A stretch of 64,000 nt of DNA from Planctomycetota bacterium (GTDB taxonomy: Bacteria > Planctomycetota > UBA1135 > UBA2386), in NCBI GenBank assembly GCA_965223545.1, contig OZ245006.1, forward strand, positions 1,216,001 through 1,280,000. The letters are read 5' to 3'. The translations under genes were made by a program, and so were the position numbers. A model generated the notes under the pieces. The model was not told the DNA's origin and did no database searches. It saw nothing but the letters and a program-made list of their open reading frames with translations. Below are positions 47,896 to 57,569 of this stretch, in pieces (position 1 is the stretch's first letter; the number at the start of each line of letters is the position of its first letter).

Positions 47896-48951
47896 CTATT
47901 CCTCCAGCCGCACCGCGTGTTCGCCCGCGGCGACGACTTCACCGATCGATGCCGCGGTCGCGCCCGCCTCGCGCAACCGGCGAAGGGCAACCTCTTCCTC
48001 CGCCGCGGGCAAGGTCACCAGCAGTCCGCCGGAGGTCTCGGCGTCATGGCAAAGGCGCACCAGGTCGACATCGACCCCAGCCCCCGCCACGGCCACACCA
48101 GCCAAGGTCGCCTGGCCGCGCTTTGCCGCGCCGGTGATGACCCCGTCCCGCACCAAGTCGAGCGCACCGCTGAACACGGGCAAGCGCGACGCCGCGAGCC
48201 GCAGCGTCACGCCGGCGCCCCGCGCCATCTCCGCGCCGTGCCCCATCAGCCCGAAACCGGTGACATCGGTGCAGCCGGAGACGTTCGACTCGGCCAGCGC
48301 CTCCGCCGCGGCCTTGTTGAGGGTCGCCATCTGCTGCATGGCACTCTCCTGCATCTCGTCGCTCGCGCGACCACGCTTGATCGCCGCCGACACCGGCCCC
48401 ATGCCCAAGGGCTTGGTCAGCAGCACGACGTCGCCGACCCGCGCCCCACTGTTGCGCCAGAACCGGTCGGGATGAACCAGACCGGTCACCGACAGGCCGA
48501 ACTTGATCTCGGAGTCGACCACCGAGTGTCCCCCGCACAGCGCGGCGCCCGCCTCCCGCACCTTCTCCAACCCGCCGGCGAGAATCTCGCCGAGCACCGA
48601 TACGTCGACTTCCTTCGGCCAACAAACCAGGTTGAGCGCGGTGAGCGCGCGTCCCCCCATCGCGTAGACGTCGGACAGCGCGTTGGCCGCCGCGATGCGG
48701 CCGAACCACCGCGGGTCGTCGACGACGGGCGGGAAGAAGTCGACGGTCTGCACCAGCGCGCGCTCGGCATCGAGCCGGAACACACCGGCGTCCTCCAGCC
48801 CCTCGGTGCCGGCCAGCAGGTCGGGGTGGTTCAGCGGACCCAGAGAATCGAGAACCTGCCCGAGGCTCCCGGAAGGCAGCTTGGCCGCTCAACCACCGCC
48901 CGAGGCGAACTCGGTCAAGCGATGCGAACGCTGCGGCTGGCAATCGGACAT
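47896..48951 (-). CDS. selD: Selenide, water dikinase (selenophosphate synthetase), selenocysteine-containing
   Basis: MSDCQPQRSHRLTEFASGGG-TGA(48891-48889)-AAKL...EDAGVFRL...QTVDFFPPVVDDP..FGRIAAANALSDVYAMGG...DVTGFGL..H...DAETSGGLL, all in one frame. The ORF track splits it at the TGA. Confidence 0.95.
48853..48888 (-). promoter_or_regulatory. Candidate SECIS hairpin immediately 3' of the selD UGA
   Basis: UGA-gcggccaag-CUGCCU-uccgggagccuc-GGGCAG; the stem begins about 10 nt after the UGA and has a G-containing loop. Confidence 0.5.
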
Positions 48952-48979
48952 GTCAGACAAACTCCAGTCGGGAGAAACC

Positions 48980-50368
48980 TCAGCGCAACCGTTGCCGCAC
49001 CAGACCTGCGACCGTGTCCAGGGACTCGAGCTCCAGGCTGCGCAGATCGAGGAGCACTTGGCCGCGCTCGACGCGGGCGAAGATCGGCGGGCCATCGACC
49101 GGCGCACGCAGCGCGTCGGCCGCTGCGGCCCCACCGTCGACCGCCACCGCGAAGGAGGGCAACGGTCGCGCCGGGTTGGCGCCGCTGCCAGCGAACGACT
49201 CGGTCGGCACCACGGTGGCGCCCAGCGGCGCGAGTGCCCCGGCAAGCGTTTTGGCGCGGCTCTCGAGGTGGTCCGGCGACACCGTCAGCATGCGCAGAGT
49301 GGGAATCTCTCGCAGCGGATCACCGTCGCGGTAGATCGCCAGCGTCGCTTCCAGAGCGGCCAGGGTGAGCTTGTCGCACCGAAACGCCCGGTACAGCGGA
49401 TGCGCGCGCACACGCGCGACCAGCGCGCGATCGCCGACGATCAACCCACACTGGGGTCCGCCCATCAGCTTGTCGCCGGAGAAACAACAGAGGTGCACGC
49501 CACTGGCGACCACGTCGGCGACGCGCGGCTCACCCACGCCCGGCACCGGCTCGCGCGCCAGCAAGCCGGAACCCAGATCGTCGATCACGCACAGACCGCG
49601 CTCTCGGCCGAGCACGGCGATCTCCTCGCGCGCCGGGAACGCGGTGAAGCCCAAGACGAGGAAGTTGCTCGGATGCACCAAGAGGAGCGCCGCCGTGCGC
49701 TCGCCGATCGCGCCGGCGAAGTCGCGCAGATGCGTGCGGTTGGTGGTCCCCACCTCGACCATCTGACAGCCCGCCTGCGCCATGACGTCGGGCATCCGGA
49801 AACCACCGCCGATCTCCACCAGCTGCCCGCGCGACACCACGACCTCGCTGCCCGCCGCAATCGCCGCCAGCACCAACGTCGTCGCCGCCGCGTTGTTGTT
49901 GACCACCAACGCACCCGTGGCCCCGGTCAGGTCACACAGCATGGCCGCCACCGCCTCCTCGCGCTCGTTGCGCTGACCGGTGCGCGGATCGAGCTCGACC
50001 ACCGCGTAGCCACCCGCATCCTGGGCCGCGCGCCGTGCGGCGTCGGCCAGCGGGGCGCGGCCGATGCCGGTGTGCAGCACCACGCCAGTGGCGTTGATCA
50101 CGGCCCGGTGCCGCGCCGCCAGGGCCTGGCGACCGCGGCGCTGCAGCTCGTCAGAAACTGCGGCATCGCCGAAACACCGCTGCACGGCGGCGGCGTCCAG
50201 CCGGCTGGCCCGCACCGCCTCGCGCACCTCGTCGAGGTACTCGCGCGCGACGCGCACCGCGACCGATCGCGGCAGCTCCGCCAGAGCCACGCGCCGCAGC
50301 AGCGCATCCAGCGACGGAATCCGGCGCAGCGCATCGGCGGCCTGCGAGCTCGGATGCGAAGTGGTCAT
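48980..50368 (-). CDS. selA: L-seryl-tRNA(Sec) selenium transferase
   Basis: VINATGVVLHT.IGRAPL, VVNNNAAA, SRGQLVEIGGGFRMPDVM, EVGTTNRTH, DDLGSG, FSGDKLMGGPQCG. Confidence 0.96.
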   Translation of the reverse strand: MTTSHPSSQAADALRRIPSLDALLRRVALAELPRSVAVRVAREYLDEVREAVRASRLDAAAVQRCFGDAAVSDELQRRGRQALAARHRAVINATGVVLHTGIGRAPLADAARRAAQDAGGYAVVELDPRTGQRNEREEAVAAMLCDLTGATGALVVNNNAAATTLVLAAIAAGSEVVVSRGQLVEIGGGFRMPDVMAQAGCQMVEVGTTNRTHLRDFAGAIGERTAALLLVHPSNFLVLGFTAFPAREEIAVLGRERGLCVIDDLGSGLLAREPVPGVGEPRVADVVASGVHLCCFSGDKLMGGPQCGLIVGDRALVARVRAHPLYRAFRCDKLTLAALEATLAIYRDGDPLREIPTLRMLTVSPDHLESRAKTLAGALAPLGATVVPTESFAGSGANPARPLPSFAVAVDGGAAAADALRAPVDGPPIFARVERGQVLLDLRSLELESLDTVAGLVRQRLR

Positions 50369-50471
50369 GCAGCAGCAAAGATACGCCCCGCACCGCGGTT
50401 GTGACCCCAAAAGACCAAGGCGTTCGCCGCCGAGTTGATGTCGCCGCGCGCAGTCCTAAGCTCGGCCGCCG

Positions 50472-52238
50472 ATGCCGCGCCCAACCCGTCCACCCGACCC
50501 CGCGACATCATCAGCCCCGCGGCTCGTCGACCTCCCGCCCCGGGATCCGCGCGCCGGCGCCCTGGCGCGCACCGTCGGCGTGCCCGATCTGCTCGCGCGC
50601 GTGCTGCTGGCGCGCGGAGTCGACGACCCCGGCCTGGTGCGCCAACACCTGCGGCCCGAGCTCGATGCACTGCACGATCCGTTCGAGTTCGACGCGATGC
50701 AGCCCGCGGTCGACCGGGTGCGGCGCGCCGTCGCCGACGGCGAGACCATCCTGGTGCACGGCGACTACGACGTCGACGGCATTTCCGGCACGGTGCTCTT
50801 GCTCAAGCTGTTCGCCGTGATGCAGGCCAAGGCGGTGCCGTTCATCCCCCAGCGGAGCGACGGCTACTCCTTCAGCCAGGCGTCGTTCGACGCGGTGCGG
50901 GCCGCCGGCGCGACGCTGTGCATCTCGGTGGACAACGGCACCAACGCCATCGAGTGGATCGACCGCATCCAGCGCGCCGGCTGCGACGTCATCGTCACCG
51001 ACCATCACGGCACCACCGAGAACGTGGCCGACGCCCACTGCGTGCTCAACCCCCGGCTGCCCGACTCCGGCTATCCGGACCGCGACCTGGCCGGCGTCGG
51101 CGTGGCGTTCAGTCTGGCCAGCGCGGTGGCGAGGTCATTCTCCCGCGGACGCACGATCAGCAGTGAGTTTCAGAGCTTCCTGGTCGACGCGATGACCTAC
51201 GTCGCGCTGGGCACGATCGCCGACGTGGCGCCGCTGCGCGGCGAGAACCGGATCCTCGTGTTCCACGGCCTGCGCGCCCTGGCGATGAGTCGCAACCCCG
51301 GCATCCGCGCCCTGCTCGACTCCGCCAACTTGAGCAATCGGTCACCGACCACCGAGGACGTCGCCTTTCGCATCGCTCCGCTGATCAACGCCGCCGGCCG
51401 CATGGGCAGCGCGGTGCAAGCCGTCGAGCTGTTGATGGCGCGCGGCTACCAGGAGGCACAGGAAGCCGCCAAGGTGCTCGAGCAGCACAACAAGCACCGC
51501 CGCCAGGTCGAACGCGATCTGGTCGACGCAGTGCTGGAGGAGGCCGCCGGCATGGACGACCGGATTCTGGTGCTGGGTGGCGAAGGCTGGCACCCCGGTG
51601 TGCTCGGCATCGTCGCCTCCCGCGTCGCCGAATCCCTGCACAAGCCGACGGTGCTGGTGGCGTTCGATGGTGAGCGCGGCCGCGGCTCGGGCCGATCGGG
51701 CGGCACGCTCCACTTGCGCGACGCGCTGCTGGCCTGCTCGGACTGCCTGCTCGCGCACGGCGGTCACGCCGCCGCCGTCGGCCTCGAGATCGAGCGCCAA
51801 CGCATGCAGGAGTTTCGCGCCAACATCAACGCGCGCTGCGGCAGCCAGGTCGCGCCCATGCCACTCCCCCAGCCCGACGGCCAAGCCACCTTCGACGAGC
51901 TCGACGCGCGCAGTGTGCGCAAGCTGGACCTGCTCGGCCCGTTCGGCGCGGGCTGTCCGCGGCCGACCTTCGTGACCGACGGCGTGCGCGTCGTCGGCCG
52001 CCCCCAGGTCGACGGCCGCGGCGTGGACCTGCGCCTCAAGTTGGCGCAGGGCGGCTGCGTCCTGCCCGCGCGGCTGACCCGCGGCGCGGGCCGCTTCGAG
52101 GAGCTGCGCGCGGTGCGAGGCCCGGTGCGGATCGCCTACTCACCCCGCCTGGCCACCCGCGCCGAAGAGGGACCGGTGCACCTGCAGCTGTTTGACCTCA
52201 CCGTCCTGGATTCTCCCGCCAAAGAGCCCCGACCTTGA
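50472..52238 (+). CDS. recJ: Single-stranded-DNA-specific exonuclease RecJ
   Basis: HGDYDVDG, VDNG, TDHH, LGTIADVAPLRGENR, APLINAAGRM, GSGRS, GGHAAAVG. Confidence 0.96.
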   Translation: MPRPTRPPDPATSSAPRLVDLPPRDPRAGALARTVGVPDLLARVLLARGVDDPGLVRQHLRPELDALHDPFEFDAMQPAVDRVRRAVADGETILVHGDYDVDGISGTVLLLKLFAVMQAKAVPFIPQRSDGYSFSQASFDAVRAAGATLCISVDNGTNAIEWIDRIQRAGCDVIVTDHHGTTENVADAHCVLNPRLPDSGYPDRDLAGVGVAFSLASAVARSFSRGRTISSEFQSFLVDAMTYVALGTIADVAPLRGENRILVFHGLRALAMSRNPGIRALLDSANLSNRSPTTEDVAFRIAPLINAAGRMGSAVQAVELLMARGYQEAQEAAKVLEQHNKHRRQVERDLVDAVLEEAAGMDDRILVLGGEGWHPGVLGIVASRVAESLHKPTVLVAFDGERGRGSGRSGGTLHLRDALLACSDCLLAHGGHAAAVGLEIERQRMQEFRANINARCGSQVAPMPLPQPDGQATFDELDARSVRKLDLLGPFGAGCPRPTFVTDGVRVVGRPQVDGRGVDLRLKLAQGGCVLPARLTRGAGRFEELRAVRGPVRIAYSPRLATRAEEGPVHLQLFDLTVLDSPAKEPRP

Positions 52239-53203
52239 GCAACTCCAAGACCTCACCCTCCACCATGCCCTGGTGGGGTATCACGCTGCGCGGCATGGCG
52301 ATGGGCGCCGCCGACGTCGTGCCAGGCGTCTCCGGTGGCACGATGGCGCTGATCCTCGGCATCTACAGCCGGTTGGTGCACGCCATCAAGAACATCGACT
52401 TCGGCCTCGTGCGATCGGCGCTCGGCGTGTTCCGCGGTGGCTGGCGCGCGTTCTCCGCCGAGCTGTCCCGCCGCGATCTCTGGTTCCTCGTCCAGCTGAT
52501 GGCCGGCATCGCGATCGCGATCCTCAGCTTCGCCAAGCTGATTCCGACGATGATGGACCGCTACCCCGAGCACACGCGGGGGCTGTTCTTCGGCATGATC
52601 CTGGCATCCATCGCGGTGCCGTACTCGCTGATGCAGCGCCGCGGACTGGTCGAGTTCTGCGCGTTTGCCGCGATGACCGTGTTCGCGTACTGGTTCAGCA
52701 ACCTGCAGGCGCTCGACGTCCGCGCCAGCACGTGGTTCCTGTTCCTCTGCGGTGCGATCGCGATCTGCGCGATGATCCTGCCGGGCATCTCCGGCGCCTT
52801 TCTTCTGCTGATCCTGGGCCAGTACCGCACTCTGCTCGACGCCATCCACGAGCTGGACGTGGTCACCATCGGCGTCTTCGGCCTCGGAGCCGTGCTCGGC
52901 ATCACGTCGTTCTCCCGCCTGCTCAGCTGGCTGCTCGACCACGTCCATTCGCCCACCATGGCCGCGCTGTGCGGCCTGATGGTTGGCTCGCTGGCCAAGA
53001 TCTGGCCCTTCAAGAGCGGCGACGCCATCGTGCTCGAGGGCAAGACGATCTCCGCCGGTGCGAACGTCCTGCCGTTCGGCGAGGAGTACGGCGGCCCCGT
53101 CGCCGGGCCGATCGTCGCCGCCGCCGTCGGCTTGGGGCTCGTCGTCGTGCTCACCATGGTGGGCAACCGACAGGCACCGGTGAGTACATCGCAGACCGGG
53201 TAG
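52235..53203 (+). CDS. DUF368 family integral membrane protein
   Basis: GMAMGAADVVPGVSGGTMALILGIY and AICAMILPGISGAFLLLILG. Confidence 0.93.
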   Translation: MSNSKTSPSTMPWWGITLRGMAMGAADVVPGVSGGTMALILGIYSRLVHAIKNIDFGLVRSALGVFRGGWRAFSAELSRRDLWFLVQLMAGIAIAILSFAKLIPTMMDRYPEHTRGLFFGMILASIAVPYSLMQRRGLVEFCAFAAMTVFAYWFSNLQALDVRASTWFLFLCGAIAICAMILPGISGAFLLLILGQYRTLLDAIHELDVVTIGVFGLGAVLGITSFSRLLSWLLDHVHSPTMAALCGLMVGSLAKIWPFKSGDAIVLEGKTISAGANVLPFGEEYGGPVAGPIVAAAVGLGLVVVLTMVGNRQAPVSTSQTG

Positions 53204-53240
53204 GGCAACTTCGCCGGCGACGAGGTAGGCTCGTCACGCC

Positions 53241-55931
53241 GTGAAGCGCCTGTTCTTGATCGATGGCACCGCGCTCGCATATCGAGCGCATTTCGCCTTC
53301 TCCACCAGCCCGCGCGGTGGGTTGACGACCGCCGACGGCCGGCCCACCTCGGCGGTGTACGGGGTCTTGACGACGCTGATCTCGCTGTTCGAGGCCGAGC
53401 AGCCCGACGCCGTGGTCATCGCTTTCGACGGGGCGCGCCAGGACCTGCAGCGCACCAAGGTGTTCGCCGAGTACAAGTCGACGCGCGACAAGATGCCCGA
53501 CGAGTTGGTCGGCCAACTCTCGCTGATCGAGCGCGCGGTCACCGCATACGGCCTGCCGATCGTGCGCAGCACCGAGCACGAGGCCGACGACGTCATCGGC
53601 ACGCTCGCGGTCGCCGGCCGGGAGGCCGGCATGGCGGTGTTCATCGTCACCAGCGACAAGGACTTCATGCAGATCGTCGGGCCGCGCATCCGCCTGTGGA
53701 ATCTGCGCGCCTCGACCCGCGCCCCCGACGTCATCGGCCCCGCCGAAGTCGAGGCCAAGTTCGGCGTCAAGCCGGAGCAGATGGTCGACTTGTTGGCGCT
53801 GATGGGCGACAGCTCCGACAACATCCCCGGCGTGCCCAAGGTCGGCGCCAAGACCGCCGCCCAGCTGCTCGTCGACTACGGTGACCTGGACACGGTGCTC
53901 GAACGGGCCGAGGAGGTCTCTCGACCGGCGCTGCGCGCGTCGTTGTTGCAGCATCGCGAGCAAGCGCTCCTGTCGCGCGACCTTGTTCGCCTGCGCACCG
54001 ATCTGCAGCTGGGCATTCGACCGGAAGAGCTGCAGCCCCCCAGTCCGGACCGAGCAACGCTGGAGGATCTGTTTCGCGAGCTCGAGTTCGAGTCGCTGTT
54101 GAAGAGCCTGCCGACCCAATCGGACACAGCCCAGCTGCCGACCGACTATTCCGTGGTGACGACCCCGGCCGCGACCGCGGCGCTGGTCGCCGAGCTGAGC
54201 GCGGCGGAACGCTTCTCCTGCCACGCGGAGATGGCGGGCAGCGCGGTGCTCGGACTCGCGTTCTCGCCGACCCCCGGCCGCGCCGCGTACGTGCCGCTGC
54301 CGGCGCGCGGCAGCGCGGACCAGAGTTTGGACGCCGACCTGCGCGACTTGCTGCGCGCCGGCGGCGACCGGATCGTCGCGCACGACTCCAAGACGCTGCG
54401 CCGCACGCTGTCCCGCCTCGAGCTCGACCCCGGGCCGCTGGCCGCCGACGTACAGCTGGCGTCGTACTGCCTCGCCGCCAACCAGTCGTCGCACGATTTG
54501 CAGGCACTGACCTTGCGCCATTTCGGCTACAAGCGCGCCCAGGACGAGCCGGCCAAGGGCAAGAAGAAGAAGCAGAAGACGTTTGCCGACATCGACCCGC
54601 ACGTCGTCGGCGAGCTCGCGGCGGCCGACGCCGACTACGTGCTGCGCCTCCACGAGCTGCTCGAGCCGCGGCTCGCCGAAGAGTCGGTCGACGGCGTGCT
54701 GCGGGACATCGAGCTCCCGCTCGTCGACGTGCTGTTGTCGATGGAGAGCGAGGGCATCGCCATCGACAGCGAGCACCTACAGCGCCTGTCGAAGGAGCTC
54801 GAGGAACGCTGCCAGAAGCTCGAGGAGCGCGTCTTCGACCTGGTCGGCGAACCCTTCAACCTCAACTCACCCGCGCAGGTCGGCCAGGCGTTCTTCGACC
54901 GCCTCGAGCTACACAAGGTCGCCGGCATCGCGCGGCCGAAGCGCACGCGCACCGGCCAGTACAAGACCGACGCGGCGACACTGGAGACGCTGGCCCGCGC
55001 GCACGAGGCACCGCGCCTGCTGCTCGAGCACCGCCAGCTCACCAAGCTGAAGGGGACCTACGTCGACAGCCTGCCGGCGCTGGTCAGCGAGCACACCGGC
55101 CGCGTGCACACCACGTTCAATCAAGCCGTCGCCGCCACCGGCCGGCTGTCCTCCGACCACCCCAATCTGCAGAACATCCCGATCCGCACCGAGGAGGGGC
55201 GCAAAGTCCGGCGCGCGTTCGTCGCCCGGGCTCGAGACTGGGTCCTTTTGTCAGCGGACTACAGCCAGATCGAACTGCGCATCCTGGCACACATGTCCGG
55301 CGACGAGACCTTGATCGAGTCCTTCCGCAACCACGAGGACATCCACGCCCGCACCGCGGCCCTGGTCCACGGCCTCGCCCCCGACGAGGTGACCAGCGAG
55401 CTGCGCACCCAAGCCAAGGCGATCAACTACGGCCTGATGTACGGCATGGGCGCCTCGCGACTGGCCCGCGAGACCGGTATGAGCCCCCCCGAGGCCAAGC
55501 GCTTCATCAAGGCCTACTTCGTCGCCCTGCCGGGGGTCAAGGCGCTGCTCGACCGCACGCTCGAGCACGCCCGCGCCGAGCGCGAGGTGCGCACCCTGTT
55601 CGGCCGCCGCCGGCCGCTGCCGGAGATCGAGTCGGCCAACGCCATGCAGCGCGTCGCCGCCGAGAACATGGCGGTCAACACGCCGATCCAAGGCACCGCC
55701 GCCGACATCATCAAGCGCGCGATGCTCGACACGGAAGCCCGCCTGCGCGATGCCGGTCACGAAGCTCGCCTGCTGCTACAAGTGCACGACGAGCTGGTGC
55801 TCGACGTGCCCCGCGGCGAGCTCGACGCGGTGCAGGCCCTGGTGCGCACCGCGATGGAAGGCGCCGCCGATCTCGCCGTGCCGCTCGAGGTGACCATGGG
55901 CTCTGGCGACAATTGGCTGGAAGCCCATTAG
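53241..55931 (+). CDS. polA: DNA polymerase I
   Basis: LFLIDG, EADDVIGTL, GDSSDNIPGV, TGRLSS..PNLQNIP, DYSQIELRILAH, KAINYG, QVHDEL. Confidence 0.98.
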   Translation: MKRLFLIDGTALAYRAHFAFSTSPRGGLTTADGRPTSAVYGVLTTLISLFEAEQPDAVVIAFDGARQDLQRTKVFAEYKSTRDKMPDELVGQLSLIERAVTAYGLPIVRSTEHEADDVIGTLAVAGREAGMAVFIVTSDKDFMQIVGPRIRLWNLRASTRAPDVIGPAEVEAKFGVKPEQMVDLLALMGDSSDNIPGVPKVGAKTAAQLLVDYGDLDTVLERAEEVSRPALRASLLQHREQALLSRDLVRLRTDLQLGIRPEELQPPSPDRATLEDLFRELEFESLLKSLPTQSDTAQLPTDYSVVTTPAATAALVAELSAAERFSCHAEMAGSAVLGLAFSPTPGRAAYVPLPARGSADQSLDADLRDLLRAGGDRIVAHDSKTLRRTLSRLELDPGPLAADVQLASYCLAANQSSHDLQALTLRHFGYKRAQDEPAKGKKKKQKTFADIDPHVVGELAAADADYVLRLHELLEPRLAEESVDGVLRDIELPLVDVLLSMESEGIAIDSEHLQRLSKELEERCQKLEERVFDLVGEPFNLNSPAQVGQAFFDRLELHKVAGIARPKRTRTGQYKTDAATLETLARAHEAPRLLLEHRQLTKLKGTYVDSLPALVSEHTGRVHTTFNQAVAATGRLSSDHPNLQNIPIRTEEGRKVRRAFVARARDWVLLSADYSQIELRILAHMSGDETLIESFRNHEDIHARTAALVHGLAPDEVTSELRTQAKAINYGLMYGMGASRLARETGMSPPEAKRFIKAYFVALPGVKALLDRTLEHARAEREVRTLFGRRRPLPEIESANAMQRVAAENMAVNTPIQGTAADIIKRAMLDTEARLRDAGHEARLLLQVHDELVLDVPRGELDAVQALVRTAMEGAADLAVPLEVTMGSGDNWLEAH

Positions 55932-55952
55932 TCGGTGGATCCGGCGTTTCGG

Positions 55953-57509
55953 CTACCAGTGCAGCCGAAGCCAGTGGGCCCCGTCAGCATCCAGCACCAC
56001 GCAGAACAAGTCGTCGTAGTCCTCTTCGGTCAACTCCGGCGGGTCGGTAGCCCCGAGCGCCGCGAGGATCTCCGGCAACGTGTTGGAGTGGCCGGCGACG
56101 ACGACCACTTCACCGGCGTGACCGCTGCGCAGCGCCGCCGCCAGCTCTTGCGGCTGTCGCGCCGGCACGATCACCGGTGAGAGATCCTTCACCCCGCACA
56201 GCGGCGCCAGAGTCGCTTGCGTGCGGCGGAACTCGGTGGCGTAGGCGGCCGCCACCGGAACGTCGGCCAGCACCTGCGCGAGCTGGCGAGCACGCCGCTG
56301 GCCGACGTCCGACAGCGGCGGATCCGGATCACCCTCGACCTCTGCCTTCGGCGTGTGGCGGACCAGCAGCACGATGGTCGGCGACAGCGCCCGCCCGCTG
56401 TGGAACGCGCGGATGCGCGCAGCCACGCCGGCCATGAGGTCGTTGGGCACCGGCACGGTCAGGTTGTACTGGGCGACCCGCCACTCGCCGTCGATCCGTC
56501 GCAGCGCGCCACTGCCGCGACACTCGCCCAACCGGTCGTGCCAGAGGGACTCGTCGAACCACGCCACCTCGCCCCCGGGAGCCAGCTGCACGTGGCGTTG
56601 CTGCGGCACGTAGATCCACGCCGACGGCCGCTCGAAGTAGGGCAGCGCAAAGGCGCGAAACTCGGCCAGCGTCCAGCGCTCGGTGGCATCGGTGCCCAGG
56701 AACACACCCTCGGGCGCGAACCGCTCGAAGTAGCGCTGCTCGTCACCCTTCGCCGCGGCGTCGTGGAAGTCGTCCAGCGCCGCACCGGCCCCTTCCCAAG
56801 CGCTCGGCGGTTGGCCACCGGCATGCACCTCCACCAAATGCCGCATGAGCGCACCGCCATCCAAGCTCGGCGGCACGTGGCCTTCGCCATCGAAGATGGT
56901 CAGACTGACGTCGACCCCCGCCGCCACCAGACTGGCCGCCGCGTCGCGGGAGCGCTCGACCCACTCCCCGTCATCACCGCCGACGAACATGGAAACCGGC
57001 ACGCCGCGCAGCTCGGCGAGCCGGGCCGCATCGGACGCGGCGGGCGGATACCCGGGCAGTACCGTCAGGCTGAGAAAGTGCCCCCGGTGCCGGAGGGCAG
57101 TGCGGAACGCGCCGCGGCCGCCGTTGCTGGCGCCGGCGAGATGCAGCCGGCCCCGGGCGATGCGGAAGGTCTCCCGCACGCGCTGCAGCAACGGCCCCAG
57201 CGCGACCTCACCACCGTCCCAGAACTGTCCTGACCGCGGCGCGACCGGACTGATCACCACCCAACCGGCCCGCCGCGCCGGCTCGCCCCAATAGCGCGCG
57301 AAGCCGGCGCGCACCATTGCCTCGTCTTGCGCACCGGGCGGCAGTGCCAACAACACCGGGAAGGTCTCCTCGGCGTCGTAGTCGTCGGGCAAACCGACCG
57401 CGTAGCGCAAGACCTCGCCATCGGGCAGCTGCAGCTCCTCGAAGGTCGGCTGGCATGGCGCGATCGAGGTCAGCGTCCACAGCAGGCCACTCAACACCGG
57501 TGTCTTCAT
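55953..57509 (-). CDS. Secreted three-domain fusion: alpha/beta hydrolase, SnoaL/NTF2-like and histidine-phosphatase-like
   Basis: GASNGG...VGGDD...GEGH (esterase); LDDFHDAAA..YF...FLGTDATERW...VAWFDESL...RGSG...QYNL (NTF2-like); LVRH...DPPLS..G..RA...RRTQAT...VAGHSNT (phosphatase). Confidence 0.85.
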   Translation of the reverse strand: MKTPVLSGLLWTLTSIAPCQPTFEELQLPDGEVLRYAVGLPDDYDAEETFPVLLALPPGAQDEAMVRAGFARYWGEPARRAGWVVISPVAPRSGQFWDGGEVALGPLLQRVRETFRIARGRLHLAGASNGGRGAFRTALRHRGHFLSLTVLPGYPPAASDAARLAELRGVPVSMFVGGDDGEWVERSRDAAASLVAAGVDVSLTIFDGEGHVPPSLDGGALMRHLVEVHAGGQPPSAWEGAGAALDDFHDAAAKGDEQRYFERFAPEGVFLGTDATERWTLAEFRAFALPYFERPSAWIYVPQQRHVQLAPGGEVAWFDESLWHDRLGECRGSGALRRIDGEWRVAQYNLTVPVPNDLMAGVAARIRAFHSGRALSPTIVLLVRHTPKAEVEGDPDPPLSDVGQRRARQLAQVLADVPVAAAYATEFRRTQATLAPLCGVKDLSPVIVPARQPQELAAALRSGHAGEVVVVAGHSNTLPEILAALGATDPPELTEEDYDDLFCVVLDADGAHWLRLHW

Positions 57510-57569
57510 CGCTCAACTCCTGGGTCCGGCACAACGGGACTCGGCAGCAGAGCTCGATACCATAGGTGC

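Noticed and set aside
48889..48891. selD as a pseudogene or split gene
   Set aside because: The stop is TGA at exactly the catalytic Cys/Sec position, in frame and beside selA, so Sec recoding explains it better.
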